Source: a virus. From it: a DNA stretch of 58,914 bases. A program made the translations under genes and the position numbers. Under the pieces are notes generated by a model. It worked only from the letters and a program-made list of their open reading frames with translations, had not been told where the DNA came from and ran no database searches. Position 1 is the first letter of the stretch. Each line of letters begins with the position of its first letter. The DNA lies in the IMG/VR virus record IMGVR_UViG_3300023283_000071, positions 1-58,914 of that record; one strand, given 5' to 3'. Below, one piece after another: positions 58,349 through 58,914 of the stretch.

Positions 58349-58914
58349 ATGAGACTGCCTGACGGTACCGAGATTCCGGATCCGCCACCGGGTTTCACCC
58401 GGATCATCACCGAGCACGAGCGCGACGAGGACATCGCCCCACCCCCACCGCCAGGCTTCCGTGCGATCGGAGGAGCGGGACTCGAGGAGCCGCAGACGGC
58501 CTACGAGCCGCCAGGGATTCTCGAGCGTGTCCTGCCCGCCGCCCCAGACTATCCAGAGCGTATCCCCCCGGGCGAACAGCGCGCGCCGAGCGAGCAGTTC
58601 GCGGATAGAGTCGGGTCTGGGCCGGATCGAGTCGGGACTGAGTCGGATAGAGTCGGGGTCGAAGCAGGGTCACCGGAGATGTCTCCGGCTACCCGCAAGG
58701 CGCTCGACGAGTTCGCCCAGGACATCGCGCGCCCGGCCGCCATGGTCCAGAACCAGGCCGGGGTAGAGCCGCCCGCCACTGCACCGCTCGCGGATAGAGT
58801 CGGGTCTGGGCCGGATCGAGTCGGGACTGAGTCGGATAGAGTCGGGGTCGAAGCAGGGTCACCGGAGATGTCTCCGGCTACCCGCAAGGCGCTCGACGAG
58901 TTCGCCCAGGACAT
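58349..58914 (+). CDS. 5' part of the giant polyvalent ORF; it runs off the window end and continues at nt 1
   Basis: Absent from the track because it has no stop in the window. The ATG at 58349 lies 1 nt after the upstream TGA. MRLPDGTEIPDPPPGF.... It is in the same frame as the ATG at 58679, which equals nt 18. Via the 64-nt end overlap the frame joins nt 3 onward without a stop. Confidence 0.75.
   Translation, partial: MRLPDGTEIPDPPPGFTRIITEHERDEDIAPPPPPGFRAIGGAGLEEPQTAYEPPGILERVLPAAPDYPERIPPGEQRAPSEQFADRVGSGPDRVGTESDRVGVEAGSPEMSPATRKALDEFAQDIARPAAMVQNQAGVEPPATAPLADRVGSGPDRVGTESDRVGVEAGSPEMSPATRKALDEFAQD
58599..58914 (+). repeat. In-frame 189-bp tandem repeat (63 aa) with a nested 21-nt DRVGxxx sub-repeat
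   Basis: 58599-58787 equals 58788-58914 continued by nt 65-126. The junctions unique->R, R->R and R->unique are all present in the window. Confidence 0.85.

Noticed and set aside
58662-58914. End/start identity as a physical direct terminal repeat of the virion DNA.
   Set aside because: The overlap is only 64 nt. It lies inside a coding tandem repeat, and the last 127 nt duplicate an internal segment exactly. This looks like an assembler exiting a repeat loop on a circular or permuted genome. Real termini cannot be inferred from the sequence alone.

Overview
The window reads as an essentially complete, visibly GC-rich genome of a tailed phage. It looks podovirus-like, because I recognise no tape-measure, sheath or tube genes, and it may be a phage-plasmid. 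It appears to be assembled as a circle. Nt 1-126 repeat 58662-58787 and the last 64 nt equal nt 1-64, which gives a unit length of about 58,850 bp.

Layout:
- (i) 58349 -> junction -> 11729 (+): one giant polyvalent ORF of about 4,076 codons. It carries pyrophosphatase-like, N6A-methyltransferase, SNF2-helicase and HExxH modules and closes the virion module.
- (ii) 11.7-18.1 kb (-): an operon with an SSB-tailed protein, SbcD, SbcC, a CsrA homologue, an XRE repressor and a Fis-like protein.
- (iii) 18.1-23.0 kb (+): a replication/DNA-modification module with a Rep-like HTH, four iterons, an SF2 helicase, a degenerate Toprim protein, an MT-A70 methyltransferase and two nucleases.
- (iv) 23.0-28.3 kb (-): small early-type genes including a RadC-like and a KorA/TrfB-like protein. 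They are separated by a repeated hairpin-plus-leader cassette whose stem covaries.
- (v) 28.3-29.1 kb: a stretch with no convincing ORF, flanked by divergent sigma70-like promoters.
- (vi) 29.2-37.3 kb (+): small genes followed by a lysis cassette.
- (vii) 37.3-58.3 kb (+): terminase, portal, scaffold, capsid, tail-fibre and internal-protein genes.

I found no tRNA, CRISPR array, integrase, DNA polymerase or RNA polymerase.

All functional calls come from motifs I could read in the translations and from gene order, with no database search. Many long alternative-frame ORFs in the track are GC-driven artefacts and were not called.
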